DNA of 63,454 nucleotides from Octopus bimaculoides. Taxonomy: Eukaryota. Positions 14,615-27,806 of this stretch are shown here, piece by piece; the stretch's first letter is position 1; every line of letters starts with the position of its first letter. The DNA lies in NCBI RefSeq assembly GCF_001194135.2, contig NC_069006.1:18819730-18883183 (forward strand), given 5' to 3'. A program made the translations under genes and the position numbers. A model generated the notes under the pieces. That model had not been told where the DNA came from. It made no database searches and worked only from the letters and a program-made list of their open reading frames with translations.

Positions 14615-15574
14615 TAGAATCTGAAGTAGGTTTGCTTCGCTCGGTTCAACAGTGTGAATGTTCTTCTCTCCACGCCCATTACACCTTGTTATATGTTTGT
14701 ATTTCTAACCATGTTACAGATGGGATATTTCCTTTATCTTACATTTGATATGATGTTATTTATCTCTTATAGTTTTACACGCTTAGATCTATGCATTCAC
14801 TTTTCAAGAAGCAGGTGTTTAAGACACATATTCCACTTCTTAACGCCAAACATTCAACTATGAAATGGTAATTGTATCTGCATTACTTGTGATTGGTAGA
14901 CTTGTAGAGATGCAATAGAATGGTAAAAAGTTCTTTGATTAGCAACATTGAGGTTCTGAGTTCAAATCTGGCACAAGATTTTGTGAGAGTTGATTTTCTT
15001 TTTTATGTATAATGTTTATATTAGTCAGACTTGTGTTCTCATCTTGATTGTTGCTTTCACAATGTTTCAGCTGTTGTAACAATCAAGGTGGTTAAAGAGT
15101 ATACATAAAATGAATTCCTCATCTCAGCAATACAGAACAGATTTTTTAAAGGATATGCTAATAAGCACCACAGAAAAAGATTCTTAATCTTGATATCCCT
15201 TTAATCCACTCAGACGTTTTGGTGTGGGAACAGAAATTAGATTCTTCATAGAAATTTACTTGCTATTCAGTTGCAAATATAATATGCTTCTGTTTTCTCC
15301 ATGATGAGTTGTAACTGTTATAAATATGAATACACCACTGCTCACTTCAAAATGATAATGCCTCCAGTGATGGGCCAAACTGTTCAAACTTTTTCTCTTG
15401 AAGATCTGTTCTGATCTTTAGAAATAATAGTGGTCCAGTATGGATCCAAAATGTCTGTATATATAGCAGTAATGCTGTTCCGTTTGTAAGAGCAGTACTC
15501 TATTATCAGTCAAGGTTGTTCATGTATATAGAGATGGCACAATTGCAAATGTGGAAGCAATCTAGGAGCTGTTG

Positions 15575-16560
15575 TGGTATACACAGACAGCCAAAACCCA
15601 CTATGGAAGACTGCTCCCACATTGAAACAGTGCTGCTGCTACACATACGGACATCCTGGACCAGTAGTTCTCAACCATTTTAATATCTGGACTTTTTTGG
15701 TGGGGCTCTACCAAAAAAAGTAAAACACAAGTCAATTAAAGAAAAAATTTATTATGTTTACAGAGGGAAGGTCGAGGTACGTAGCTAAGAGGTTAGAGTG
15801 TTGGACTCATGATTATAAGATCATGGTTTTGATTCTTGGACCTGGTGAAACATTGTGTTCTTGAGCAAAGCAATTCATTTCATGTTGCTCCAGTTTACTC
15901 AGTTGGCAAAAATGAGTAATCCTATGATAGACTGACATCCCATCCAGCGGGGAATATATGCACCATGGAAACCAAGAAACCAGCCTTATGATTCTATATG
16001 ACTCAGGAAGGATCTTTATCCAATCCTATCGAAGGAAGACTGTCGAGGGCTACTGGAAGGATGCTTAGGGGCTAAAGTTGAGAACCACTGTCCTAGACTC
16101 ACAATGGAGGATTGTTCCCATATTAAGAATGGTGTTGCTGATATACACAAACATCCTTGACCCAAAATAGAGCATTGTTTTGACATCTGGATCAGTGCTG
16201 TTGATGCATGTAGACAACCTAGACTCACAATAAAACACTGTTCCTATATCTGTTGTAGTGTTGCTGCTCCACCTCCAGTAACCTTAGACTACATCCAAAT
16301 CAATGCCATTCAACTGATTGCAAAGACTCACTCCCCAAACACTACAACCTCAGACCTGCAGGTACACTGTTTCATCTTTTTGTCTATTCTACCACTACTA
16401 TGATGACCTCTGCTTCTTTGAACTGACTTGCAGCTTGCCATCTCCACTCAGGCCTACCTGATCCTATACATGTTACCCAATCTTTTTGCCCTTAGAATGT
16501 TGCCCCTTTGGAATTCCTTAAAAAATTTGTCCTGCAGATGACAACTCACCAATGTTCAAA
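15575..16560 (+). mobile_element. CR1/L2-type LINE RT C-terminal remnant, locally quadruplicated and interrupted
   Basis: The PTMEDCSHI...LD motif, similar to RPxMEYCSHIW...LDRIQ, recurs four times; the last copy continues LDYIQINAIQLI. Confidence 0.55.
15662..16090. mobile_element. hAT (Charlie-like) MITE containing a nested family A SINE (~15775-16012)
   Basis: TIRs CAGTAGTTCTCAACC / GTTGAGAACCACTG; 8-bp TSD tcctggac/tcctagac. Confidence 0.85.
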
Positions 16561-17399
16561 CTGAACATGAACTGTAATCAATGTCACCAGTGTGAGAAAG
16601 AGCTTATGAAGATCCCAGTTGGGGCATGCTGCCCCATGCTCTAAACTTATCCATTGAACAATACTAATATTACTAATATTATTTTGACAAATACCACCAC
16701 TTAAGGTATACTACAACTAGTACCAGAGCTAACACAAGTATCATCACCGATACCACCATTATTTTCACCCTCTCTCTACAATTATACCACCATCATCACC
16801 ACCACTCTGCCACAACAATCTCTGAAATTAGTAGCACTACCACAATCAACACCTCCCTACAACCACCACCACTCCTGCCAACAACAACAAAATCAACACC
16901 ACACTGACTTCATTACCCAGCTACTGCCACCATTACACACCACCACCACTGCTTACAGCAGCCGCACCATACCACTGCCGCAGCCATTATCAACACCACC
17001 ATACAACCACCATCACCACCACACAACTACCATCAACACCACATTAACATTATTACCCGGCCACTGCCCTACTGCATACCACCATGCCCACCACCACTCT
17101 ACCACCACCACCACCACTGCTCCTGTATCCTGCACAATCTAAATAGTTCCTGCTTCCGTCAGTAAGATTTTCATCTTCACATATATCACGTTACATTGTT
17201 GTTGGTGATGTAAAGGTGGTGGTGGTGAAGATGTTTAATGTTGTGGTGTTGAAGAGGTAGGAGTTATGGTGGTGGTGGTGGTGGTCATCGTCATCATGGA
17301 ATAATGTTGGTCGTAGTTATGATTGTTGTGTAGTATTGGTGGCTTTTGCAATTAGCATAGGTGAGTGCACTAAGGGTTATGTCGTCTAGTAGAGAGTAG

Positions 17400-18560
17400 A
17401 GAGGTGTGTATTGAGGGCAGCTTTAGCTGAACTGGGGACACTGGTGAGTAAACCGAGGGCAGCTGCAGGTATATGAAGGACAATTGTTCTGAGAGCAGTT
17501 GTGAGTATTCTGGGAGCAACTGTAGATGGATTAAGAGCAATTGTAATTTGACTGAAGGCAGTTGTTGAGAGTGTATGCATGCAATTCAAGTTGCACTGAA
17601 CATAGTTGTATTTATATTGAGGGCTATGGCCTTTGGATTCAAGGCAGTCATGAGTAAATTGAGGGCAGTTGTTATTGAAATGGTTGTAGTTGTATGCATG
17701 AAAAGCAATTGCAGTTGTATAGAGAGAAGTTATGAGTGCAATGAGGGCAGGTAGTAGGACTGAGAACAGTTGTGAGTGTATTGAGGGCAAGTAGTTGGAC
17801 TGAAGGCAGTTATTGAGGGTAGTTAGACTGAGGGCAGTTATGAGTGCATTGAGGGCAGGTAGTTGGATACGGGCATATATGAGTGTATCGAGGGTTGCTA
17901 GTTGGACTGATGACAGTTATGTGCATATTAAATTCAGGCAACTGGGTGAGAGCAGTTACAGGACCATTATGAGCATATTGAGGGCAAGTAGCTGAGCTGA
18001 GGGCAGGTAGTTGGACTTAAGGCAGTTATGAGCATGTTGAGTGCAGATAAATGATTAAGGGCAGTCATGGAACTGTTATGAGCATATTGAAAGCAGATCG
18101 CTGGAATGAGGGCAGTTATGTGTACATTTAGGGCAAGTAGTTGAATGAGAGTCATTAGGAAACTGTTATTATCATACTGAAGGCAGTTATGAGCATATTG
18201 AGGGCAAGTAGTTGGATGAGGGCAGTTATGAGACAGTTATGAGCATATCAATGGCAGGTAACAGTATGAGGGCAGTAGTGAGAATGTTGAGAGTAGGCAA
18301 CTGGACTGAGGACAGTTATGAGTTCATTGAGGGTAGGTAGTTGGACTGAGGACAGTTGTAAGTATATTGAGTAGAGGTCGCTGGACTGAGGGCAGTTATG
18401 AGTGCATTGAGGGCAGGTAGTTGGATGAGGGCAGTTATGAGTGTATCGAAGGCAGATGTTTTTAAGTTAAGGGAAGTTATATTTGGATTGAGAAAGTTTT
18501 GATTAGACTGAGGGCAGTTGTAGTTAGATTGGCTACAGTTTTGGATGTAGAATGCAGGAG
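17400..18560. repeat. Diverged ~40-bp minisatellite (gagggcagttatgagtgcattgagggcaggtagttggact)
   Basis: Many tandem degenerate units are directly visible. Confidence 0.9.
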
Positions 18561-19603
18561 TATTTGGAGTGAGTATGAAGATTGAGGCAAATTTGACCTT
18601 GATGGGATCTGAATTCAGAGCACAGAGTTGTAACAAATAGTCTATTAAGAGAAGTTATTATTGCACTATTAAGAGTAGTTAGTGTATTGAAGATTCTAAT
18701 GGATGGACTGAGAAACAGTGGTAGTTGTACTAAGTGCAGGGTGTATGTATTGAAAACAATGTGTTGTGCAAAGTATAGGACAATGCATAGAAGGGACTGG
18801 TGTGTATAGTGGAGTCAGGTATTGGTTTACTGTAGTCATAGTAGAAATGATGTGTGGTGGTGGAGGTTGTGGTCATGATTGTGATGGAGGTAGTAGTAAT
18901 GGGGGTGGTTTTGATGATGGTGTGGCTAATGTAGGTGAAGTAAAGTGAAGGATGACAGCAGCAATAGGGGATGCTTGTGATAGTGTTGGAGGTTGTGGTA
19001 GTGGTAGTAGTAGCAGTGATGGTTATAGTGGTAGCAGGAGTGAGATGAAGGTATTGGAGGTGATTTTAGAGGTAATGACAGTGGTAGTGGTGGTGGTGGT
19101 AGTGGAAGTGGCAGTTGAATGGTGGTGATAGTGGTCATAGAATAAGTGGTAGTATTGGTGGTTGTAGTAAAGGTAGGGTTAGTGTTGGTAGTACTGGGGT
19201 GAGTAGCAGTGGTTGTGATGATGTAGCTGTAATAGTGATGGTGGTGGTGGTGGTAGTTGGCATTGGAAGGGACCCAACCAAAAGCCAATTATATACGTAA
19301 TGTGTGCTGCTGCTGCTTCAACAGCAGCACAGAGCACAACACATCACAGTAAACCACTAGCTATTCTCTCACTCTCTCTGTTGTTATTGTGTATTCAGAC
19401 TCTGTTGTTATTATTATTATCATCATCAACGTCATCATCATCATCATCATTATTGTAATTTTTTTTTCTCTAAATTCCAGCTGGTTGAGTTTTACTGAAA
19501 AATCCCCCCAAAATAGACGTCATCAAATTTGGAAGTGAGATATTTGAAGTAAAGACTAAAACAGAATACCTCCTGTAGAAAATAGATGAAATAAAAACTT
19601 AAA

Positions 19604-19634
<31 letters not shown>

Positions 19635-19680
19635 CATTTATATGTACATATATTCATGTGCATATGTGTGTATTTATGTA

Positions 19681-19711
<31 letters not shown>

Positions 19712-20691
19712 TCATGTGTGTGTGTGTATGTGCATGTGTATAGATAAAGACAGAGGTAGATTTATTCATACCTATATATTTATATATGTATATATGTGTG
19801 TGTATTTATGTTTATATATACATATAAATACGTATGTGTATGTGTGTATTTAATTTTGTTCACAATTTCTTCAACAAAATTGCTTTTTTCTTGGAATGGT
19901 AGGAATGGCAGATGTTTCATCATCATCATCATTACCACCACCACCATTAACATCGTTATCTTCCCATCCCCTCTTCTGTTTCTCCGTCTTCCTCCTCAGC
20001 TTTTTTATCCTTCTCATCTTCCTCTTTCCTTCTTTTCCCTCTCCTCACCCCACACCCACTATCTTCCCCTGTCCCTTACTCTTCCACTCACAGAATGGTT
20101 TACCTGTGAGTCTGGGGAGTAATTGTTGTAAGCACACTTGTATGATTTAGCCATTTCCATTCTTGGAACAGAACCAGGATGTCTGCTGGTTTATAACATT
20201 TGGCAGGAAGTTCACCTGAAGAGAAATTTTCTTTGTTATTTTTTTGTTGTTTTTTCCTACAGTAAAATGCATTGCAACATGAGATGAGTATAACTCGGAT
20301 ACAGATAAATATCTGCAAATCTTTGTTGTTTTGTCAACTATGTTTTGTGGTAAAAAATTAGAAATGTGAAAAAAATAATAATAAAAGTTAATGATAAATG
20401 TAAAAAATTTCACTCCATTTATAGGCACTGGCAAGGGTATGTGGTAAAAAATTTCCTTCCCACCCACACAGTTGTAGTTTCAGTCCCACTGTGTGGCACT
20501 TTGGCCAAGTGTCACTGACAAGTATATGTGGTAAAAGATTTCCTTCTCACCCATATGGTTGTGGTTTCAGTCCTACTGTATGGCATCTTGGGCAAGTGTT
20601 TTCTAATACAGCCCTGTGCTAACTAAAGCCTTGTAAGTGGATTTGGTGAATAGAAACTGAAGAAGCTCACTGTTGTATGTGTGTGTATATA

Positions 20692-20735
<44 letters not shown>

Positions 20736-20871
20736 GGTATGTGGCTTAGTGGTTAGGGGTATTCAGCTCATGATTGTAAGGTCATGCATTTGATACCTAG
20801 CAGTGCATGTGTAGTACCTGTTAATCAAATGGCACCAGCCTAGTCATGTTCTTTGTCACACTGAATCTCCT

Positions 20872-21579
20872 CCTGTCTGGTCTGGATTCGAGGGTCTCAT
20901 TAGAGGCTTGAACTAATAATTCCAGGGTCTGCCCCTTCCAATTGAGCACCTCTCTTTTTTTCATCGAGAAAATGTTAATTTCTTCCTTTGCATCATAAAT
21001 TAATGCTGCTGCCATCCAGTACACATTGTACCCGGCCGGAATTTCCTCTATTATAATTTTTGCCGTTCTCCGGCCGAGGTACATGGGTAATAACATAATT
21101 TCATCTGTTTTTAACATCAGTGTGGATATTTCTTTGGCAACTTTGGCGCTTTCAAATTGCGCGTCTATTGTAGCATTGCGAGGACCTTTTTCCACGTATT
21201 TTAGTTTTTCCCAAACGGGGGCGAGACATTTTTCAACTGTCAGTCTTCTTCATCATAATTCTCTTCTATTTTCTGTTATATACTTTATAACAGTTCTCAC
21301 AGCTAGATTTTGTAGTATTTCCTTTGGTGGAACTAACCTTCTTTCATTGCCAGTTCTTTTAATTAAATTCCTATATTTGAATAAATGTTCTTTGGAAAAT
21401 TCAATATCTTGGAATTGTCTGCCAACGGCAGCAGAAAAACTGTTTGTCTTTTTCTTGTCCTTATTTCCTTCTTGGTTGACTTGAATAACTTGTTCTGTCT
21501 GGTTATTTTCTTCCTGCAAAAGTGGGAAGTCCACGTTGCACAGCAAAAAATTGAGGCGTGACTCCATGTCGTCCTCCAT
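20872..21579 (-). pseudogene. Non-LTR retrotransposon ORF1-like frame interrupted by TGA TGA
   Basis: The ORFs at 21253-21579 and 20821-21195 are in the same frame (RREL**RRLTVEKCLAPVWEKLKYVEKGPR...). LLPMYLGRRTAKIIIEEIP resembles RRM-type L1/Tx1 ORF1 (from recall, not searched). Confidence 0.55.
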
Positions 21580-21704
21580 TGTTCACACACAAAAAGAAGT
21601 CTTGTGACAAAAATTATTTTTCCTTTTATGGGAAAACAGTTCAAAAATTAAATTTTCTTTAACAGAAAAACAGTTCAGTTATCCTGTTTATCTATTGTTA
21701 TTTT

Positions 21705-22045
21705 ATGTTGATGGTTGTTGACTCCCCTCCCCTTACAAGAAAAAGAAAAGAAATGTTGCAAAACACACAAAAAAAAATATCCCCATCCACTTCCAAATCG
21801 AAACCCACCCCTAACCCTCCACATAAACACGAATATTATGAAAAAATTGTCTCGTACAATTCAAAAAATGAAGTGTTGCATAACAAGAAAGAAATATACT
21901 GTTTTGGACCTATTGAAGGTAAACCACCATACGTGCGGCTAGCAAGAATCGATACTGAACATTATGAACAGTTCAAAAAATGTTATGTGGATGACATTTT
22001 TGACGTGAGTCAGTATATTGTCAAAGAAAAAATTGTTTTAACACC
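21705..22045 (+). pseudogene. Second TE-like ORF fragment, head-to-head with the ORF1-like frame
   Basis: Open frame of about 115 codons (basic/Pro-rich, then KPPYVRLARIDTEHYEQFKKCY) running into a SINE C tail. Confidence 0.35.
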
Positions 22046-22381
22046 TTTATGTCCCTGCAACTCAGCCATTCAGTAAAAGAGACAAATAGAATAAGTATTG
22101 GCAGGGTACTCAAAGGAGATACTCAATGATATGGGATGCATATTCAGATAGGCAAAGTACTTTATGACACTAAATACTCAAAGAGATGAATACTGAAAGA
22201 GGTGGTGTAGTCAAAGAGATGAATATTCATTGATATACTCAAAAAGATGCTATACTCATTGCTAGAACTATTTATAATGGCGTAGCTAACTTTGCAAGGA
22301 AGGGTAGCATTTCTTCTCAACAACAAGGAAATCTGAGACATTTGTGCTTAATGAGAAAAGTCGCAATTTTTGTTGTTCATT

Positions 22382-23201
22382 GTTTCCATGGCAACTGTTT
22401 CTATATAAACCATATGCTGACTACAGGGACTGCTACTGATTGTTACTATGGTGATTGTCAACACAGTTGTTGTGGGACATTTCCATTGTGATGGTTACTA
22501 TAGTAATATTGCTCTGGTAATTGCTACAATTGTAACGTTACTAAGGTTACAGCTACTGTTCTAGTGCTGCAATGTTGATTGCTATTGCTTTTAGTGTTAC
22601 TATGGTGATTGCTACAGTTGTAGTGTTACTGTGGAAACTGCTACTGTTAGTCTTACTATAGTGATTTCTAATAGCTGGAATGTTACTACAATACAGCTGT
22701 AGTGTTGCTCTGGTGATTGTAATTATGGCTTTAATAATCCTCACCAAGATCCACTTTATTTTTCATCCCACTTGGATCACTAAAGTAAATACCAGTAATA
22801 TTCTAGGATTCAACGCAATCAACCACACCTCCACCTAACTTACAAAATTAATAAGAAGGTTGTTACTAAGGCAGCAGCTGGCAGAATCATTACCATGCTG
22901 GACGAAATGCTTAGCAGCATTTCCTTTGTCTTTTTGTTCTGAGTTCAAATGTCATCAAGGCCAACTTTGCTTTTCATCCTTTCAAGGTCGGTGAAATAAG
23001 TATAAGTTGAGCACCGGGGTTGATGTAATTGACTTCACACCTCCCACAAAATTGCTAGCCTTGTGTCAAAATTTGAAACCAATGTGATGGTTGCAACTAC
23101 CACATTAGCTGTTACCATGATGAGAGTCGCAATTAGTAATGGTTGTTGTTACAATGATGATGGTTACTATGGCTGCTTCAAGTGATTGTTGCTATGGTAA
23201 A
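22382..23201. repeat. Degenerate GTTACTATGGTGAT-type array containing X-box-like units, split by a family B SINE (~22872-23088)
   Basis: GTTTCCATGGCAAC at 22382-22395 plus several variants. Confidence 0.65.
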
Positions 23202-24421
23202 TTCTTTTATCTTTTATTTACTTGTTGGACTGTAGCTATGCTGGAGCACCACCTTTGAAGGGTTCAGTTGAATAAATTGACCTCACTACTTTCTTTTTTT
23301 TTTTTAAGCCTGATACTTATTCTATCACTCTCTTTTGCTGAACTGCTTAGTTACGGGAGCACAAATAAACACTGGTTGTCAGGCAATGGTGGGGTACAGA
23401 GACACACTGTGTATGTACATATACATACATATGTACATACATACATACGTACATATATGTATTCCCTTCTTAACATTCTGTATTTTTATGCTCTCTGTAA
23501 ATCTATTTCTATTCTTTTACTTGTTTCAGTCATTAGACTACGGCCATGCTGGGGCACTACTTATTCTTCACTAGTTTCAGCCCAAGAGCTGCAGCTATAC
23601 TGGGGGCACTCCCATTAGCTTTCCTACACTTTCACTACTTGAAACTGCCTCTGATACGTGGCATGTGGTGAATGAGTGTGTTTGATGTTGCTACCTTCAT
23701 CTGCTATTTAACAGCAATTAACTACCACATTACTGAGTTCATACTCCAAGGAGTAAAATACACTTCATAATTTAGGTTTCTTCTATAATTACAATTAAAA
23801 CAAAAAAAGGCTCTGTTTACATTTCTCAATTTCTTTGGCCCCAGTTTTACTCCAGTGATGCTATTGATGTTGTTGTTGTTGCCATAATTGATGTTGTAGA
23901 TGATGTCATTGTTGATATCCTTCTTGTTAATACTATTGATGATGTGTATGTTCTTGTTCTTGTTCTTGTTGTTTGATGTTGTGCTAATGTCACAACGAAG
24001 CTGTAAGAAATGCCTTCGTAAGTGACATGCATTCTAGTAGCATATGCCAGTAATTGTTGGAGTAGGACAACCTAGATCTTTACTGGGCCTTCATCCAAGC
24101 ATAGGCACTAGAAATGGCAGGGCGTTGTATAGACTGCTTTTCACTATTTGCTATGACTCTCTATGCTCTGAGTTCAAATCCCACTGAAGTCAACTTGGCT
24201 TTTCAGCTTTTTAGGGTTAATAAAAATGTACCAGTACAGGGTGTTGGATTTCAAATAGATATCAGGCATGGCTGTGTGATAAATAGCTTGCTTTCCAACC
24301 ACATGGTGCTGGGTTCAGTCCCACTGCTTGGGACCTTTGGCTAGTGTCTTCTTCTATCGTGTTAGGTCAATCAGAGCCTTGTGAGTAAATTTGGTCAATG
24401 GAAACTGAAAGAAGCCCGTCG

Positions 24422-24452
<31 letters not shown>

Positions 24453-24574
24453 AGGTATGTGTATGAGTTTTTGTGTCTGTGTCTTTCCACCCCCCACCAC
24501 TTGACAACTGGTGTTGGTTTTGTTTATGTCCCTGCAACTCAGCGGTTCAGCAAAAGAGACAAATAGAATAAGTA

Positions 24575-24905
24575 TTGGATCATCCCATAAATAATGCATT
24601 TTTTTATACCTCTTTTATTTTTCAAAATTAAGATAAACAAAGTTCATTTTTAATCTAAAATATACTTTCCTTCATTTTCTACAATACTCTTCCATCTATC
24701 TGGAAGACTCGCAAGGCCCCTCTTCCAAAGTTCACTTGTCCATGGCGAAAAATACTCCTCCAGTACTGTTCTGACCTCATCTACAGAATTCATATTTTTT
24801 CTGTCCAAATGATTTTGAAGACTGGAATAAATGATAATTCGATGGGGTAATGTCCAGTGAATATGGTGGGTGGGGCAATGTTTCCCATTCAAACTGCTCC
24901 AGTCT
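24575..24905 (-). mobile_element. Mariner transposase 3' remnant with TIR
   Basis: WETLPHPPYSLDITPSNYHLF is a degenerate YSPDLAPSDY motif; ...LPDRWKSIVENEGKYILD*; TIR ttggatcatcccataaataatgc. Confidence 0.85.
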
Positions 24906-25540
24906 TTGATTTATGTTGGAGATGAGGTAGCGAACTGGCAGAATTGTTACTGTGCTGGGCAAAATGCTTAGTGGCATTTCTTCTGACAATGTTCTGGGCT
25001 CAAATGCTGCCAGGGTTGATTTTGCCTTTTATCTGGGGTTGATAAATTAAGTACCAGTGGAGCACTGGGGGCCAACATCATTGGCTTGCCTCTCCCTGAA
25101 ATTGTTGGCCTTGTACCAAAATTTGAAACCAATATTAATGTTCGAGATAGTTAGTCTTTGTAAATTTCCTGAATGTTCTCCCACGCCAAATATGCAAACT
25201 GATCATGTTGAATACCTATGAACATATCTCTGTATATACACACATATATGGATATATGCTTTTATATGTATAAAAGTTTGTGGGTGTGTATGCATACATG
25301 CATGTTTATATGTTTGTATGCATGCGAATATATATATGTATGTATGGATGTATGTACATATGCATGTATATGTAGATATGTTTGTATATGCATATATGAT
25401 TGTATTTGAATATAAACAGGTAGGTATTTATGTATGCATACATGCATGTATAAGTGTATATATGTGTTTATGTATACATATGTGTATATATGTATGTTTT
25501 ATGAACATATATATGTATATATATATGCTTTATGAACATA

Positions 25541-25598
<58 letters not shown>

Positions 25599-26233
25599 TA
25601 TACATGTAGTTCTGAATATGTAAATGTGCTTGCCTGTGTGTATGTGTGTATGTAAGTGTGTGTATTTGTGAATAAATACATTTATGTCTGTGTGCATGTA
25701 TGTATATGTATACACTTTTGGTGTATGTCTGTGCAAATGTATGAGTATATGTTTGCAGTGGTGGGGAGGAATAAATCCCCAAAGCAAAGTGAGAAGAAAT
25801 TTAGAGAAGTCTGTNNNNNNNNNNNNNNNNNNNNNNNNNNNNNNNNNNNNNNNNNNNNNNNNNNNNNNNNNNNNNNNNNNNNNNNNNNNNNNNNNNNNNN
25901 NNNNNNNNNNNNNNNNNNNNNNNNNNNNNNNNNNNNNNNNNNNNNNNNNNNNNNNNNNNNNNNNNNNNNNNNNNNNNNNNNNNNNNNNNNNNNNNNNNNN
26001 NNNNNNNNNNNNNNNNNNNNNNNNNNNNNNNNNNNNNNNNNNNNNNNNNNNNNNNNNNNNNNNNNNNNNNNNNNNNNNNNNNNNNNNNNNNNNNNNNNNN
26101 NNNNNNNNNNNNNNNNNNNNNNNNNNNNNNNNNNNNNNNNNNNNNNNNNNNNNNNNNNNNNNNNNNNNNNNNNNNNNNNNNNNNNNNNNNNNNNNNNNNN
26201 NNNNNNNNNNNNNNNNNNNNNNNNNNNNNNNNN

Positions 26234-26282
<49 letters not shown>

Positions 26283-26731
26283 GATCGAATATGTGAATTG
26301 TACACGTGCTCTGTTTCCTAATTCTCTTCTATCTTCTTTTTTCTGGACTTTTCTCTGCATAACCACCCACTGAAGGGCTATGCTTGAAACATCATACCTT
26401 TTACTCTTAAATTTTATAACTTTTTTGTTCAAGTGTCAAATTAATAACATTCAATGTGAGCATTCCTTGCACTTTTGTTGCTTTTGTGTTTTGATTCATC
26501 ATTTATTATTGATTTGCCTATATCTGTCTGTCTGTCTATCTATCTATCTATATATATAATTATTATTATAAAATCTGGTAATAATCATATATTAATTAAT
26601 ATCGATTAATTATCAGGAGGCCAGCACATCTAAAGAATCAAAGAGATTCAGAATCTCAGGGGATTAAGGTACATTTAAAAAAAATAGCGTGGACAATTAA
26701 TGTGCTAGAAATAGATCNNNNNNNNNNTGTA

Positions 26732-26772
<41 letters not shown>

Positions 26773-26789
26773 TTTCCCAACTAGTCGCC

Positions 26790-26935
26790 ATGATTGATCA
26801 CTAAATCCACAAGATTTTTTTATTCTCTCTCTGTTTATTTCTTCATATTCCTTCCTGTTGAAGAGTATAGGCTCGAAATGTAAAAGACTTTCTCACTTTC
26901 CCGAGTGTCAAACTAATACACCTGTCTTCGTCTTT
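26790..26935 (+). mobile_element. Penelope-like terminal-repeat fragment with a decayed minimal hammerhead motif
   Basis: CTGTTGA-A-GAGT ATAG GCTC-GAAAT-GTA-AAAG. The family assignment is from recalled similarity. Confidence 0.45.
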
Positions 26936-27590
26936 TGTGATTGGGAAGCAAACTTATTGTCACACACCCATGCCAGCACCTAGGAGTGTATATAGTTGAT
27001 AAATTAAAGACACCATTTATAAATAACTTAGTATTAGACAAACTCTCTTTCTCTTTCTTTCATTCTTTCTCTCTCTCCCTCTCTCTCGCTTTCTTTCTCT
27101 CTATGTATGTATTTATAACATTACTACGTCCTTTCAATTTATTTCCTGTCTTTCTCTCTCACTCTGCCTCCCTCTCTTCCTCCCTCACTGATAATTCCCA
27201 CTCTTAGTTGTTTGCTTTTTGTGTTTACGTTGTGTGCATTGGTGTGTGTATGTGTGTGTGTGTGTGTGTGTCTGCATGTGTGCATGCATGTGTGCGTGCA
27301 TGCATGCAAGTGTACATGTATATGCGCAAGTATACTTTCTGTATAATTTTACATCAAAACACTGATGATGGTGATGATGATGGATAGATAGATAGTCAGA
27401 TAGAAAGTTTAACGACAATGCTGAGGATGATAAAGACAGACAGATAGATACACAGACAGGTGGATGATGATGATGATGATGCTGATGATATTTCTATAGT
27501 TCCAGAATGTTCAGTACCATGATCAGAAGTTTAACCAGGTAATTGATACTTCAGGTGGGTGAAAAATAGTGTATATAGTATCATGGTACA

Positions 27591-27641
<51 letters not shown>

Positions 27642-27770
27642 GCAGACATATATACATATGCATACATGCTTTTTATATATGTACATGCGTACATATTTCT
27701 GTATCTGCATATGTATCCGTTTAGTTGTAAATATACAAAGGTACCTCTCTCTCTCTCTTTCACATCCATC

Positions 27771-27806
<36 letters not shown>

